A stretch of DNA of 64,000 nucleotides, taken from positions 1,504,001 to 1,568,000 of the forward strand of contig CAWFQB010000001.1 in NCBI GenBank assembly GCA_963817895.1, written 5' to 3'. Numbering within the stretch: the stretch's first letter is position 1; every line of letters begins with the position of its first letter. Positions 42,688-54,888 of the stretch are shown one piece after another. The notes under the pieces are model-generated. The model was not told the DNA's origin. It made no database searches and saw only the letters and a program-made list of their open reading frames with translations. The stretch is from an uncultured Chthonomonadaceae bacterium (lineage in GTDB: Bacteria > Armatimonadota > Chthonomonadetes > Chthonomonadales > Chthonomonadaceae). The translations under genes and the position numbers were made by a program.

Positions 42688-42703
42688 TGGCACGGTTCTT
42701 GCA
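42688..42703 (+). promoter_or_regulatory. Sigma54 promoter of PEP-CTERM 3
   Basis: TGGCACGGTTCTTGCA, a consensus match. Confidence 0.85.
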
Positions 42704-42769
42704 ACTAACGCACTGTACCGCCGGCTATTGGCGGGATAAAGTTTCTCATCTGAAAGGTTTTCTCTTTAC

Positions 42770-43480
42770 ATGAACGTTCAAACTCTCAAGACGCTATCCG
42801 TCACATCCATCGCTGTTCTGATGATGGCCGGTGGAGCGCGCATTAGTCAGGCGCAGTCCAACTTTATTGACACTAATATCGACCTCAACTACGTCAGCAC
42901 CGCTTCCGGTTCGCCCACCGTAATATCCTCCGGCAACAGCATCAATGTGTCTTATACGTCCGGCGATTTTTACAATATTAACGGCGCGGGCGCGTCCGAT
43001 GCCGACACGCGGGATGGTTCGGGCGCGGGCGCGTTTATTCGCCTGACCCCTGCCGGCAACGGGCTGCGGGAAACCAGTACCCAGAACGCCGGGATGAACA
43101 CGTCCCTGATCAACTACCGCTTCGACATTACCATTCAGGATGTTTCCAGCGGTATCAGCCAGTTGGTAAGCCTGCCGTTCCAGTTCAACAATGCGTTCAA
43201 AGAGGGCAGCAACGGCGGCGACGGCGTCCCGGCGTTCACGCTTCCCAACCCCACGCAGATCGGCAACAACCTCTACACGTTCTCCGGCTTCGCGTTCACG
43301 CCCGCCAGCGCGCCGCGAACAACGGGTGGCACATCGGCAACAGATGGCTCGTTCGGTTTGCGCGTACAGGCCACGCCGGTTGCGGTTCCCGAACCCGGCG
43401 CGGTTGCCACGCTCGTCGGCATGGGCATGACCGGCGCGGGTTTCCTGCGCCGCCGCAAGTCTGCGCTAAAAACCGCCTGA
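42770..43480 (+). CDS. PEP-CTERM protein 3
   Basis: Signal peptide; VPEPGAVATLVGMGMTGAGFLRRRK. Confidence 0.93.
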   Translation: MNVQTLKTLSVTSIAVLMMAGGARISQAQSNFIDTNIDLNYVSTASGSPTVISSGNSINVSYTSGDFYNINGAGASDADTRDGSGAGAFIRLTPAGNGLRETSTQNAGMNTSLINYRFDITIQDVSSGISQLVSLPFQFNNAFKEGSNGGDGVPAFTLPNPTQIGNNLYTFSGFAFTPASAPRTTGGTSATDGSFGLRVQATPVAVPEPGAVATLVGMGMTGAGFLRRRKSALKTA

Positions 43481-43696
43481 CGTCCGGCGCAATGCAGGTT
43501 CCTGCCTGCCGGTAAATTCAGAGCCACAGCGCCCATCAACGGGTACTGTGGCTCTGATGTTTTATTGCGAGGGTTCAGCAATGTGTCGCGAGGGTTCAGC
43601 AAGCAGAACCCCTACAACGTATCTTGGCATTCACCCTTGATGAAGCGCGAAACGCGGTTGCGCGGCAGTAAGCGATGAACCTGTTAAAGTTGGTTG

Positions 43697-44701
43697 CTAT
43701 CTGCCTGCGTGAATGTCGCGTTCAATGGCAGCCGTAAAGTCGTGAAAACGGAGCGCGATTTCACGATCCGAACACTTGCGATGCCTGGCCTCGCGGCGGC
43801 GGGCGCGTAACGCTTCGCCCAAACGCGGAAGCGCATGGAACAGACCTATCAGGTACAGGGTGTCACGGCGTTTGATGGCCCACAGCAGGCCGCGCGGAAG
43901 CGCCAATGCGATATAGGACAGGAGGTAGCCGGTATCGGAAATGTTCTTGAGGATAAATAAATGCTTGTTCCTTGCGCTGATCAGCGCCTTGCGGCGCACT
44001 GTCGTGACACGATGAATGGTGCTGCTCTCTTCATGCCATACGGTTGCCCCCGGCTCGTACAGGCATTTCCATCCCCGCTTCCAGGCGACATAGCCCAGAT
44101 CAACATCCTCCTCATAGTAGGGGCGGTAGAGCAGGTCGACGCCGCCAACCGCGCGCAGTTTGGCGGCGTCGAAAAGCGCGCACGCGCCCGTGCAAAACAG
44201 CACGGGCGTCACCTCGCGGCTTTCGGGATTACGCTGCCAGAACAGCATAAAATAGCCCAGGCGAAAACGAAAGGAGGTGAGCGATTGGCACTGCGGATGC
44301 GTATCAGGCCGTTCCACATGGGGCGACACCGCAAACACGTCGGGATCGGCGAAATGCCGAAGCAACGGGTCGAGAAAGCCGGGAGAGACCCGCGCGTCGG
44401 TGTTGAGCAGCAGGATGTAAGGATACCGCGCCGCCGCAATTCCGGTGTTGCAGGCCGCGCCAAAGCCGCCGTTCGTCGTATGGCGCAGATACGCCACGTT
44501 CGGATACCGATCCTGGAGGAACTGCCGCGTATCGTCCTGTCCGGCGTCGTCCACGACAATCACCTCATCCGCGTTGCCCCTTTCCGCCAGCGCTTGCAGG
44601 AGGAACGGCAGATATTTTTCGAGCAGCGCGCGGTTGTTATAGGCCGGCAGCACGATACTGACAGGTTCTTGTTCCCTCTTATCCGAAAGCGCCTGCGTCA
44701 T
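43697..44701 (-). CDS. Glycosyltransferase family 2
   Basis: VSIVLPAYN, VVDDAGQD, GFGAACN, LLLNTD, YEEDVDLG. Confidence 0.93.
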   Translation of the reverse strand: MTQALSDKREQEPVSIVLPAYNNRALLEKYLPFLLQALAERGNADEVIVVDDAGQDDTRQFLQDRYPNVAYLRHTTNGGFGAACNTGIAAARYPYILLLNTDARVSPGFLDPLLRHFADPDVFAVSPHVERPDTHPQCQSLTSFRFRLGYFMLFWQRNPESREVTPVLFCTGACALFDAAKLRAVGGVDLLYRPYYEEDVDLGYVAWKRGWKCLYEPGATVWHEESSTIHRVTTVRRKALISARNKHLFILKNISDTGYLLSYIALALPRGLLWAIKRRDTLYLIGLFHALPRLGEALRARRREARHRKCSDREIALRFHDFTAAIERDIHAGR

Positions 44702-46227
44702 TTCGGCTTCCTTTGATTGCGCGAGACCGGCAGGCGAGCCATCACGTTTGCGCCACGTTGCCGCATGGCTTCCCGCATCCATTGGGGCGCGCAGCGCCAC
44801 ACGCCGAAGCCATAACCCAGGGTGGCGGCGGACAGGGACATCAGGACATGGAGCGGGAGAGGAAGGGGCAAAAGCGCAGCCGCTTCCCCGCAGGCAAGTC
44901 CGAGCAGCGTGGGAACCGTCAGCCAGGTCAGCGGGAGGACGACGCGGCGCAACACGTCCGGCCCCAGGGCGCGCGCGAATAATGGTATCGAAACCCCTTC
45001 CACGATCAGGGCCGTGACCGCGATGCCATTAAAGCCGAGCCAGATCACCATAGGGATGCCCATGGCGAACTGGCAAATCGTGCGCCCGGTAACAAGGCGC
45101 GCATTGACAGCGACCCGGCCTGTGCCGGTCAGCGCGGTTCCCAGCATCCAGACGATCACATGCAACGCGACGGACGCGGCGTAGCAATGGAGCGCCGTAA
45201 TCGCAGGCATCCATTTGATGGTATAGATCAGGGGAACGACAAAAGAGGCTCCTACCGAAATCAGGGTAAACCAGAGCAGAGCGGGCATGACCAGATAGTT
45301 GAGGTAACGCGCCAGGATGCGATTTACCTCCTGTGGATCGTGCTGAAGGCGGGAAAAGTGGGGAAAGGAGACGCGGACAATGTTATCCACAAGCACGAGT
45401 GGCTTGTTGCCGTTCGCCGAGGCAAAATTGAGATAGCCGACTGCCTGCATCCCGATGCGATGCGCGACCAGAGTGGGGGTAAGCGCGGAACCCAGGCTGC
45501 TGATAATGGCTCCGGCCTGAAAGGGCAGGCCAAAACGCAGCAGTTCACGCGCCAGGCGGGGATCGTAGACTAATTTAAGGGGCCAGGGCGCGGCGCGATA
45601 CACGAGGAGAGTTCCCAGGAGGGCGCGGGCGAGCGTGGCCCATACCAAACTCCAAACGCCGCAATGCGCCAGGGCGAGGCCGACGGACAGCGTAATATAG
45701 AGCAGGATTTCCGTGACCTCAATCCAGGCCAGACGGTTGAACTGCATCTGGCGTTCCAGTTGCAGCGCCCCCATCGCGCGCCAGGACATGAGGAAGACAT
45801 TGAGGGCAAGGGCGCGTACCAGCCATACCGTTTCCGGCGGCGCGGTGGCGTAGAGATGAACCATCAAGGGGGCGCTGAACCATAAGACAAGCGCGACGGC
45901 AAAGGTGAGCGTTTGCTGAATGGTAAAAGCAACCTGAAGGTCGCGCTCCTGAAGGGTCTGTTTACGCTGGATGAGCGAGGGCGCGAGGCCAAAATCGCCG
46001 AATTGCGCGATTATGGAAACAAGAAACTGCGCCGTCGCGAAGAGGCCGAACAGACCGGGCGTAAGGACGCGGGCGAGTATGATGCCGCCGAGAAAAGTAA
46101 TGATTTGGAGCGCAACCTGCCGAACCATCATCACGCTGATGCCGCGTCGCGCCTGCTGGTTGACATGTTCAATGGAGGAGGCGTCACTCTCGTCCCCGGC
46201 TGTCTGATTGATGGGTTCCGCGTTCAT
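44698..46227 (-). CDS. Wzx-type polysaccharide flippase
   Basis: ILARVLTPGLFG, DFGLAPSLIQ, LERQMQF; many TM segments. Confidence 0.92.
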   Translation of the reverse strand: MNAEPINQTAGDESDASSIEHVNQQARRGISVMMVRQVALQIITFLGGIILARVLTPGLFGLFATAQFLVSIIAQFGDFGLAPSLIQRKQTLQERDLQVAFTIQQTLTFAVALVLWFSAPLMVHLYATAPPETVWLVRALALNVFLMSWRAMGALQLERQMQFNRLAWIEVTEILLYITLSVGLALAHCGVWSLVWATLARALLGTLLVYRAAPWPLKLVYDPRLARELLRFGLPFQAGAIISSLGSALTPTLVAHRIGMQAVGYLNFASANGNKPLVLVDNIVRVSFPHFSRLQHDPQEVNRILARYLNYLVMPALLWFTLISVGASFVVPLIYTIKWMPAITALHCYAASVALHVIVWMLGTALTGTGRVAVNARLVTGRTICQFAMGIPMVIWLGFNGIAVTALIVEGVSIPLFARALGPDVLRRVVLPLTWLTVPTLLGLACGEAAALLPLPLPLHVLMSLSAATLGYGFGVWRCAPQWMREAMRQRGANVMARLPVSRNQRKPK

Positions 46228-46466
46228 GAGGCTATGCTTTCTCCTTCCTGATTATACCTCTTCCAGCCGTCCTGTTATGTCAAACTTATAAATTTTGACA
46301 CATTGGCAGGAATCACAGGGAGCAACAGTGAATAGAAGCGAAGTTTTCAAGACGGAAGATATGCAATGCTTCTTTCGTACTCCCGTTTAAGAATTTCGTC
46401 TTGATTGCGCGTAATCGGCAACAAGAACAAAAAGGTACTATCTACCGCAAGGAAAGAGACGTGACA

Positions 46467-47066
46467 ATGCGAAAATTTCAACTGAGTATTGTGCTGCTGT
46501 CCGGCAGCCTGCTGCTTGGCGCCAGCATCCTTACCGGGTGCGGCGGCGGCTCGAACAACAGCAGCAATGCCGGCGTTCCCAACGGCAAGGCCACGCGCGA
46601 TCAAGTGCTGCGCGGACGCTATCTCGTAACCTCCATCGGTTGCACCGACTGCCACAGCAACGGCGCGGACCCCGGCAGCGCCAACTGGCTGGCCGGTTAT
46701 CACAACGGCGCGGCGAACAGCGTGTTCACTCTGGGGCCGAACACGGTTTACACCGCCAACCTTACCCCGGACAAGGCAACCGGCATCGGAACGTGGACGG
46801 CAACCGACATTTTCAACGCCCTGCGCAACGGCAAGGACAAGGACGGCAAGTTCCTCGCGCCCGTCATGCCTTGGACGGCCTTCCGCAACCTGACGGATGC
46901 CGACATCTACTCCATCGCCGCTTACCTGCAAAACCTCCGCGCCGTCACCAACGCGGTTCCCGCCAATACCGGGCCGGGCGGGGGTGAACCGGACTGGTCT
47001 CACGCTTACGATACCTTGAAGCCGCTCCCGACCTATCCGGCTGCCGGCGAAAACAACGTGCCATAA
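46467..47066 (+). CDS. Cytochrome c lipoprotein
   Basis: Lipobox ILTGC, RGRYLV...GCTDCH, NLTPDKATGIG, MPW. Confidence 0.9.
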   Translation: MRKFQLSIVLLSGSLLLGASILTGCGGGSNNSSNAGVPNGKATRDQVLRGRYLVTSIGCTDCHSNGADPGSANWLAGYHNGAANSVFTLGPNTVYTANLTPDKATGIGTWTATDIFNALRNGKDKDGKFLAPVMPWTAFRNLTDADIYSIAAYLQNLRAVTNAVPANTGPGGGEPDWSHAYDTLKPLPTYPAAGENNVP

Positions 47067-47086
47067 TCAGGGTTCAGCGTACGGCA

Positions 47087-47119
47087 AAAGGCTCAGGGCA
47101 GACTGTCCTGAGCCTTTTT
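47087..47119 (+). terminator. Intrinsic terminator
   Basis: AAAGGCTCAGG...CCTGAGCCTTTTT. Confidence 0.8.
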
Positions 47120-47223
47120 CTTGCTATAAATTTTTCAAAATGCGGCGAGAGCGAGGTAAGGCTGTGGCGGCGTTTCGCCGACAATAAACGGCAGAAACCA
47201 CAGGAGGTGGAGGGAGAAACGCT

Positions 47224-47460
47224 ATGGACAGCCTACGCATACAACGCATCGTACACGACATCAACTGCTATCTTGCCAGCAAGCAGCAGGCGGACGCGCT
47301 CTGGGAGCAGGTGGAGATGCACCTGCAAACTTCGCATCTGGCGGAGCGTTTGGGCCATTCGGAAGTGGTTCCAAAACATCTGGACGCCGCCGCCCGCCTG
47401 ATGGTGCAGGCCAATCACGCGCAGCAGCAGATACAGCAGCATCTTCCCGCGTCTCAGTGA
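47224..47460 (+). CDS. Small hypothetical protein
   Basis: 78-aa ORF with an upstream GGAG-rich RBS. Confidence 0.5.
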   Translation: MDSLRIQRIVHDINCYLASKQQADALWEQVEMHLQTSHLAERLGHSEVVPKHLDAAARLMVQANHAQQQIQQHLPASQ

Positions 47461-47551
47461 CAGGGCTGCCGGTGGGGGTGTCCGCGCAGCCAACGGGAAC
47501 AGGGAATTGGGAAAGGCGGCGGACGCGCATACGCGTCCGCCGCCTTTTTCC

Positions 47552-48100
47552 TTACGCTTTGCTTTTGGCGGGCTTCTGGTGTTCGTTCGCGTACTGCTTC
47601 AGGGCGCGATCCAGCGTTCGCAGGGTAATGTTCTGTTGCGCGGCCAGTTCCCGGCAGAACTCCACGTATTCCAGCCAGAATTCCAGCGTGTACACTTTCG
47701 GGGGCGCGTCGTAGCCAAGCGACCACAGAGTCGGCCCGTTGAGCATCGGGTAGCTGTTCTCGTAGCCGAAGTGCAGCAGCAGGGTGGCGGTGGGGTAGGA
47801 TACGCCCCGTAGCGAGGTCAGCACCTCCATGCGCAGGGCTTCGTTGTAGGTGGAAAGCGCCGTGCGCGTATGGCGCTCCACATGGGCCGGATCGTTTTCG
47901 GTCAGCAATTTCTGGTTGCGCGCGGTCGTCCACTTGCCCACTTTCAGCAGTTCCTCATACGTGTAGTAGCCGCGCTTTCTGGCGTCCGCGCCAATCGCTT
48001 CCACTTCCGCCTCCTCCGCGACGTTGTACCGTTCCGCCCAATGTTCAAGCTCTTTCTCATCGAACTGCAGTTGAAACAAGGCTCTCCTCCTTTTCGGCAT
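47552..48100 (-). CDS. Hypothetical protein with a helix-hairpin-helix-like motif
   Basis: LTSLRGVSYPTATLLL and LRTLDRAL resemble HhH-GPD-like small proteins. Confidence 0.6.
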   Translation of the reverse strand: MPKRRRALFQLQFDEKELEHWAERYNVAEEAEVEAIGADARKRGYYTYEELLKVGKWTTARNQKLLTENDPAHVERHTRTALSTYNEALRMEVLTSLRGVSYPTATLLLHFGYENSYPMLNGPTLWSLGYDAPPKVYTLEFWLEYVEFCRELAAQQNITLRTLDRALKQYANEHQKPAKSKA

Positions 48101-48289
48101 GACGCCGTCATGCGTTTTTGCCGTAATCCTCCTTTATCATAGCAGATAATCGCCTTTCCTCGCCTGTTGTAATCTCCCGCGTTTTGAAGCATAATACTTG
48201 CCAACGCAATTGCCATCCGCGAAACATGGCCGCAGGGGATCAGACGCGCCGCTGTTTTGCGGGTATTTGATGGGATAAAGGAGTTCGCT

Positions 48290-49246
48290 TTGACTGCAAC
48301 GATGCCGACACAGGAGTTTGGGCCGGAGAAAATCCCGGTAAGCCGCATTGCGCTTGGCTGCATGGGGCTGGCCGGGACGTGGAACCCCTCAGAAGTGGGG
48401 CCGGAAAACCGCAAGCGGGCCATTGCCAGTTTCGAGGCTGCGCTGGAAGCGGGCATTACGTTTTATGACCACGCCGACATTTACGGCGGCACAGCCTGCG
48501 AGTCCATCTTCAAGGATTGTCTACAGGCGGTTCCGGGCAGCCGAGAGCGCATTTACATCGCGACCAAAGTGGGTATCCGTTCGGGGTACTACGACCATTC
48601 GCCCGAACATATCCGGCAAAGCGTGGAGGGGTCGCTACAGCGCATGGGCATTGACTTCATTGACCTGTACCAATTGCACCGTCCCGATCCGCTCGGTCAT
48701 CCCGCGCAAACGGCAGAAGTGCTGGATGGGCTGATTGCCGAAGGCAAAATCAGAGCGGTTGGCGTGTCCAACTACTATCCGCAGCAGACGCTTGCCCTGC
48801 AAAAGTATTTGCAAGCGCCGATTGTGTCCAATCAGATCGCGCTATCCCTCCTGCACCTGCCTCCCATTTACGAGGGGCGCGAGGGGCAGGGCGGCGACGG
48901 CGTTCTGGATCAGTGCGAACAGTTGGGTATCACGCCCCTCGCGTACAGTCCGGTCGGCGGCGGCTGGCTGTCGGGGCGGCGCGACGTTCCCGCCGACAAT
49001 CCCAACCGCGAACGCATCGAGCGGGTTCTGGCCGCGTTGCGCGAACTCGCCCCCGCGTACAACGACGCCACACCCACCCAACTTGCGCTTGCATGGCTGC
49101 TCCGCCATCCCGCCAAAATTATCCCCCTCGTAGGTTCCAACAAACCCGAACACATCCACGAGGCGGCGGGCGCGGCGCATATCGAACTGAGCCGAACCGA
49201 CTGGTATAAATTGTGGGTCGCGTCGCGTGGTCAGCGCGTACCCTGA
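48290..49246 (+). CDS. Aldo/keto reductase
   Basis: LGCMGL, YDHADIYG, IDLYQLHRPD, VGVSN, LAYSP. Confidence 0.93.
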   Translation: MTATMPTQEFGPEKIPVSRIALGCMGLAGTWNPSEVGPENRKRAIASFEAALEAGITFYDHADIYGGTACESIFKDCLQAVPGSRERIYIATKVGIRSGYYDHSPEHIRQSVEGSLQRMGIDFIDLYQLHRPDPLGHPAQTAEVLDGLIAEGKIRAVGVSNYYPQQTLALQKYLQAPIVSNQIALSLLHLPPIYEGREGQGGDGVLDQCEQLGITPLAYSPVGGGWLSGRRDVPADNPNRERIERVLAALRELAPAYNDATPTQLALAWLLRHPAKIIPLVGSNKPEHIHEAAGAAHIELSRTDWYKLWVASRGQRVP

Positions 49247-49365
49247 TTCTGATTGTTGCAAGAATCCGGCGCGTCCATAGCGCAATAACACTCTATCCCT
49301 GCCGCCATTCCCATTCTGCGGCTTGCGACGAAGCGAACTTAACAACCAATGGAGGTTACAGCGCG

Positions 49366-50457
<1,092 letters not shown>

Positions 50458-50608
50458 ATAGGAGTTTCTACCCTAAGGTGGGCGAAGCCCGGATGAGGGT
50501 AGAAGCCCCGTCATACCGTTCAAACAAGCGTTCGCAGGGACACAACAAACGTGTTCCTGCGAACATTTCTTTTGAGGTAAATACTGCTTTATCTGAACCG
50601 AAACGCGT

Positions 50609-51847
50609 TTAAGGCACGGACGCGACAAGTTCAATTTGGGTATCTGTGGCGGGGGCGACGGGCTGCGCGGTTCCGGTTACGACGGCCTGAGTAGGCTTGC
50701 TCGGCGACATTTTCCACTCTTCGCGCAGCAGGTCGGGGACGTGGAACTGCGGGCGGCTGTCCGTGCGCTCGTAATCTTCCAATCCGTGCAACATCAATCG
50801 GCCCAACGAATCGGTAGCGAGTCCGAATAATTGATGGTCGCGCAGAAACGTATGTTCGATGCCATGCACGAACTTCACCACGTCCAGCAGGTGGGGCGTT
50901 ATCGCATACGGCGATACTTTTGCCACGCCGAGCATGTCCGCTACCTTATCCCCCATATACAGCCGAATTTTGGCGGGAATAATCTGATCCAACACCACGC
51001 CGGGTACGATGTCCTCCATCAGTTTCACCAGCGAAGTCGTCAGGGCAATGCCGGCAGGACTGGACGCATACACTCGATCCGCGATGGTATGGTACAGGGC
51101 GCTGCCATCCGCGACGCTTTCCGGCAGCAGCTCCTCCTCGACGCCCATCAGGTAGCCGACATAGCGCCACAGGTGCATGTAACTCTCCTGCTCTTCGGGG
51201 GACACGTACAGGTTGAGTTTGGCGAGACTGTCCAGTACCACAGTGGCGAACGTCATCAGCGTGAGCGCGAGGTCTTCCTGATTGAGCGGCAGGCCCCACG
51301 CCTTTTCGTTCCACCGCGCTTCCGGCTGATTGCGCAGCATACGCCGATTGGTGGCGTGCAGCAGACGCACTTTTTTGCACACAACCGCGCCGTGTCCATT
51401 TTCCAGCAGTGTGCCGGGCAGCAACACTTCCAAAACCATACGCACGGTTTCCACCACGCGGCGCAGGGGATGTTTGGTCAGTTGGTGGGTTTGATCCAGC
51501 GCGGCCACGCCCGCCGCGTCCGCATAGCAGGCAGGCAGGGACGCGCACAGCAGAATCATACAGATTTCCACGCCGTTTCGCCGGAACAGTTCGTTTGCCA
51601 GCGCGAACTGATTTGTGTCCACCCATGCCGGTCGGGTCGTATCGTTGAAATACGCTTTCATTTTCGCGGGCATATCATCCGGCACGGTAGAATGGACGCT
51701 GACGATCTGCCCTATCAGCCGCCCCATGCTCGCTTCGCCCGCATACTCCGACCCGCCCGCCGAGACGATCTCTTCCACCAGGCCGTCCGCCCACGTATCG
51801 CCCACATTGCGCTTGTTTTGCAGCGCGGCTGTCCAATCTTTTGCCAT
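50609..51847 (-). CDS. MpaB/DUF2236 (Lcp-like) oxygenase family protein
   Basis: SLPACY, RRVVET, VRLLHA, WGLPLNQED, HLWRYVGYLMGV. Confidence 0.85.
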   Translation of the reverse strand: MAKDWTAALQNKRNVGDTWADGLVEEIVSAGGSEYAGEASMGRLIGQIVSVHSTVPDDMPAKMKAYFNDTTRPAWVDTNQFALANELFRRNGVEICMILLCASLPACYADAAGVAALDQTHQLTKHPLRRVVETVRMVLEVLLPGTLLENGHGAVVCKKVRLLHATNRRMLRNQPEARWNEKAWGLPLNQEDLALTLMTFATVVLDSLAKLNLYVSPEEQESYMHLWRYVGYLMGVEEELLPESVADGSALYHTIADRVYASSPAGIALTTSLVKLMEDIVPGVVLDQIIPAKIRLYMGDKVADMLGVAKVSPYAITPHLLDVVKFVHGIEHTFLRDHQLFGLATDSLGRLMLHGLEDYERTDSRPQFHVPDLLREEWKMSPSKPTQAVVTGTAQPVAPATDTQIELVASVP

Positions 51848-51995
51848 TATGTCTCCTCCTGTTTCACCGTAAATCCACATCGAACGTTTCTATCCCGTAT
51901 TTATACCATTCTATCCCGCATTTACACCATACGGGAAACGGATTTTTCAAATAGCGTTGAGGGCTACATAGCATTTGAGAGTATAATAAACACCT

Positions 51996-54518
51996 ATGGA
52001 CGACAACAGTACCAATCGCGAACAGGTTGCCGAAGCCCTGCGCCAGAGCGAAGCCCGCTACCGCCGCATCGTCGCCAATGCCCCCGGCATGGTGTACCAG
52101 TTCGCGCGCCGCGTGGATGGTTCCGTCGCGTTTCCCTACGTCAGCACGGGTTCGCTGGCCCTGTTCGGCGTAGCCCCGCAAAGCATCATGGCCGATCCCC
52201 TCGCGCTTGTCGGGCTGGTGCATCCCGACGATATGGGCAGCTTTATGCAGACAGTGGAAACCTCGGCGCAAACGCTGGGCGAGTGGAAATGGGAAGGGCG
52301 GTTTGTGTTGCGTTCCGGGGAAACGCGCTGGATTGGCGGCGCATCGCACCCGGAACAGGAGGCGAATGGCGACGTGCTGTGGGATGGCCTCCTTCTTGAC
52401 ATCACGCCCACCAAAATCGCCGAGGAGAGCCTGCGCCTTCAAAACGAGTATTTCGCCGCCCTGCACGAAACCACGCTTGTCCTGATGCAACGGCTCGATC
52501 TGGAAGATTTATTAGAGCATCTGGCGGCGCGGGCGGGGCGGATGTTGAACGCGCCACACGGCTATATCTATCTGGTCACGCCCGACAGCGAATTCATGGA
52601 ACTCCGAGTCGGGTTGGGAATCGGCGCGGCCTTTCGCGGGCATCGGATGCGCAAAACTGAGGGCGTCGCGGGTCGCGTGTGGGAAAGCGGGCAAACGTGT
52701 ATTGTCAACGATTATAAAGCGTGGAGCGGGCATGTCGCCGACTTCGATACCACGCCCCTGCGGGCAATCATGGCCGCGCCTCTTCTATCGGGCGGGCAAA
52801 TCGCTGGCGTTATCGGGCTTGGCTACGGTTCCGAATCGCAGCAAACGTTTGGCGCATCGGAAAGCGAATTGCTGAACCGCTTTGCCCAACTCGCGTCCAT
52901 CGCTCTGGACAATGCCCGCCTGTATACCGCGCTGCAAACGGAACTGGGCGAACGCAAAAAGGTCGAGGCCGCCCTGACGCTGGCGAAAGAAGAGGCGGAA
53001 ACGGCCAACCGCACCAAAAGCCAGTTTCTCGCCAACATGAGCCACGAACTGCGGACGCCGCTCAACGCCATCATCGGCTACAGCGAAATGCTGCAAGACG
53101 ACGCGGCAGATGCGGGGCAAGAAGAAATCATTCCCGACCTGCAAAAAATCAACAGCGCGGGCAAGCACCTGCTGACCTTAATCAACGACGTGTTGGACCT
53201 GTCCAAAATCGAAGCGGGCAAAATGGAATTATACGTGGAAACCTTCGATGTTGCCGCGATGATTCAGGAGGTTGTCAGCACGATTCGCCCCCTCGCGCAG
53301 AAGAATGGCAACACGCTTGAATCACGCTGTAGCCCGGATGTGGGCGCGATGCGCGCCGACCTGACCAAAGTGCGCCAATCGCTGTTCAACCTGATTTCCA
53401 ATGCCGCCAAATTTACCAGTCAGGGGCGCATTACGCTGGACGCGAAGCGCGAAACGGGCGAAAGCGATTGGATCGTGTTTCAGGTGTCGGATACGGGCAT
53501 CGGCATGACGCGGGAGCAGATGGACAGGCTGTTTCAGGCGTTCGCGCAGGCCGATGCGTCCACCACGCGCAAATACGGCGGAACCGGGCTGGGGCTGGCG
53601 ATTACCCGCCACTTTTGCGAAATGATGGGCGGCGCAATCACGCTGGAAAGCGCGGCCGGCGAGGGAACCACCTTTACGATTCGCCTGCCCGCCGGGGTTC
53701 ATGCCGAAGCCGCCGTCGTGGAAGAGTTGCCGGCAGAAACAATGGATGCGCGAACGCAATTGGAAAGCGCGAAAAAACCCGCCGCGATTCTGGTGATTGA
53801 CGATGACGCCGCCGCGCGTGACCTGATGCGCGACGCGCTGACGAACGCGGGCTACCGCGTTGAGTGCGCGGCTTCGGGCGAGGAGGGGTTGCGCATTGCC
53901 CGCAAAATCCATCCCATTGCCATCACTTTAGACGTGATGATGCCGCACATGGACGGATGGGCAACCCTGTCGGCGATGAAAGCGGACCCGGAACTGGCGC
54001 ATATTCCCGTTGTGATGATGACGCTGTCCGAGGATTCGAGCATGGGCTACTCGCTTGGCGCGGCGGACTACCTGACCAAGCCCGTGGAACCCCTGCGTCT
54101 AGCCGCGATTCTGGACAAATTCCGCGCCCATCCGTCCGTGAAAACCGTACTTGTTGTGGAAGACAATGTGCCAACCCGTCAAATGCTGCGCCAGATGCTG
54201 CAAAAGGCGGGCTGGAGAGTGCTGGAAGCGGAAAACGGGCGCGTTGGTCTGGAACGAGTGGCGGAACATCTGCCCGACCTGATTCTGCTGGACTTGATGA
54301 TGCCGGAAATGGACGGCTTCGAGTTCACGGCAGAGATGCGCGAGCGCGAAGAGTGGAGCGCGATTCCCATCATCGTTATCACCGCCAAAGATATAACGTC
54401 CGAAGACCGTCACCGATTGGAAGGCCGCGTCACGCAGTTGCTGCAAAAAGGTACCTACAACCATCAGGCGCTTATCGGGAGAATTCGTGAATTGTTACGG
54501 AGCGAAAAAGATGCCTAA
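51996..54518 (+). CDS. Hybrid sensor kinase (PAS-GAF-HisKA-HATPase-REC-REC)
   Basis: [44 protein letters not shown]. Confidence 0.95.
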   Translation: MDDNSTNREQVAEALRQSEARYRRIVANAPGMVYQFARRVDGSVAFPYVSTGSLALFGVAPQSIMADPLALVGLVHPDDMGSFMQTVETSAQTLGEWKWEGRFVLRSGETRWIGGASHPEQEANGDVLWDGLLLDITPTKIAEESLRLQNEYFAALHETTLVLMQRLDLEDLLEHLAARAGRMLNAPHGYIYLVTPDSEFMELRVGLGIGAAFRGHRMRKTEGVAGRVWESGQTCIVNDYKAWSGHVADFDTTPLRAIMAAPLLSGGQIAGVIGLGYGSESQQTFGASESELLNRFAQLASIALDNARLYTALQTELGERKKVEAALTLAKEEAETANRTKSQFLANMSHELRTPLNAIIGYSEMLQDDAADAGQEEIIPDLQKINSAGKHLLTLINDVLDLSKIEAGKMELYVETFDVAAMIQEVVSTIRPLAQKNGNTLESRCSPDVGAMRADLTKVRQSLFNLISNAAKFTSQGRITLDAKRETGESDWIVFQVSDTGIGMTREQMDRLFQAFAQADASTTRKYGGTGLGLAITRHFCEMMGGAITLESAAGEGTTFTIRLPAGVHAEAAVVEELPAETMDARTQLESAKKPAAILVIDDDAAARDLMRDALTNAGYRVECAASGEEGLRIARKIHPIAITLDVMMPHMDGWATLSAMKADPELAHIPVVMMTLSEDSSMGYSLGAADYLTKPVEPLRLAAILDKFRAHPSVKTVLVVEDNVPTRQMLRQMLQKAGWRVLEAENGRVGLERVAEHLPDLILLDLMMPEMDGFEFTAEMREREEWSAIPIIVITAKDITSEDRHRLEGRVTQLLQKGTYNHQALIGRIRELLRSEKDA

Positions 54519-54888
54519 AATATTGCTGGTGGAAGACAATGAGGATAATCGCGATATGCTGTCCCGGCGCTTGACCAAAAAGGGGTACGAGGTCGTGTGC
54601 GCAGCCGATGGAGCGCAGGGCGTGGAAATGGCGCGTTCCGATGCGCCCAACCTGATTTTAATGGATATGAGCCTGCCCATCGTGGACGGTTGGGAGGCTA
54701 CGCGCCGTATCAAGACCGACGCGGCGACGCAGGCCATCCCCATCATCGCGCTGACAGCCCACGCGATGGCCGGGGATCGGGAAAAAGCGCTGGCTGCGGG
54801 CTGTGATGATTACGATACCAAGCCGATTGAACTGCCCGGCCTGCTGAACAAAATCGAAACGCTGCTCAAGACGGGACAAAATAAATAG
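54511..54888 (+). CDS. Single-domain response regulator (DivK-like)
   Basis: ILLVEDN, MDMSLP, ALTAHAM, KP. Confidence 0.93.
   Translation: MPKILLVEDNEDNRDMLSRRLTKKGYEVVCAADGAQGVEMARSDAPNLILMDMSLPIVDGWEATRRIKTDAATQAIPIIALTAHAMAGDREKALAAGCDDYDTKPIELPGLLNKIETLLKTGQNK

Noticed and set aside
42020..42704. Upstream extension of ORF 42020-42415 and ORF 42273-42704
   Set aside because: They overlap the Y-RNA-like array, and Ro60 similarity begins only at the ATG at 42202.
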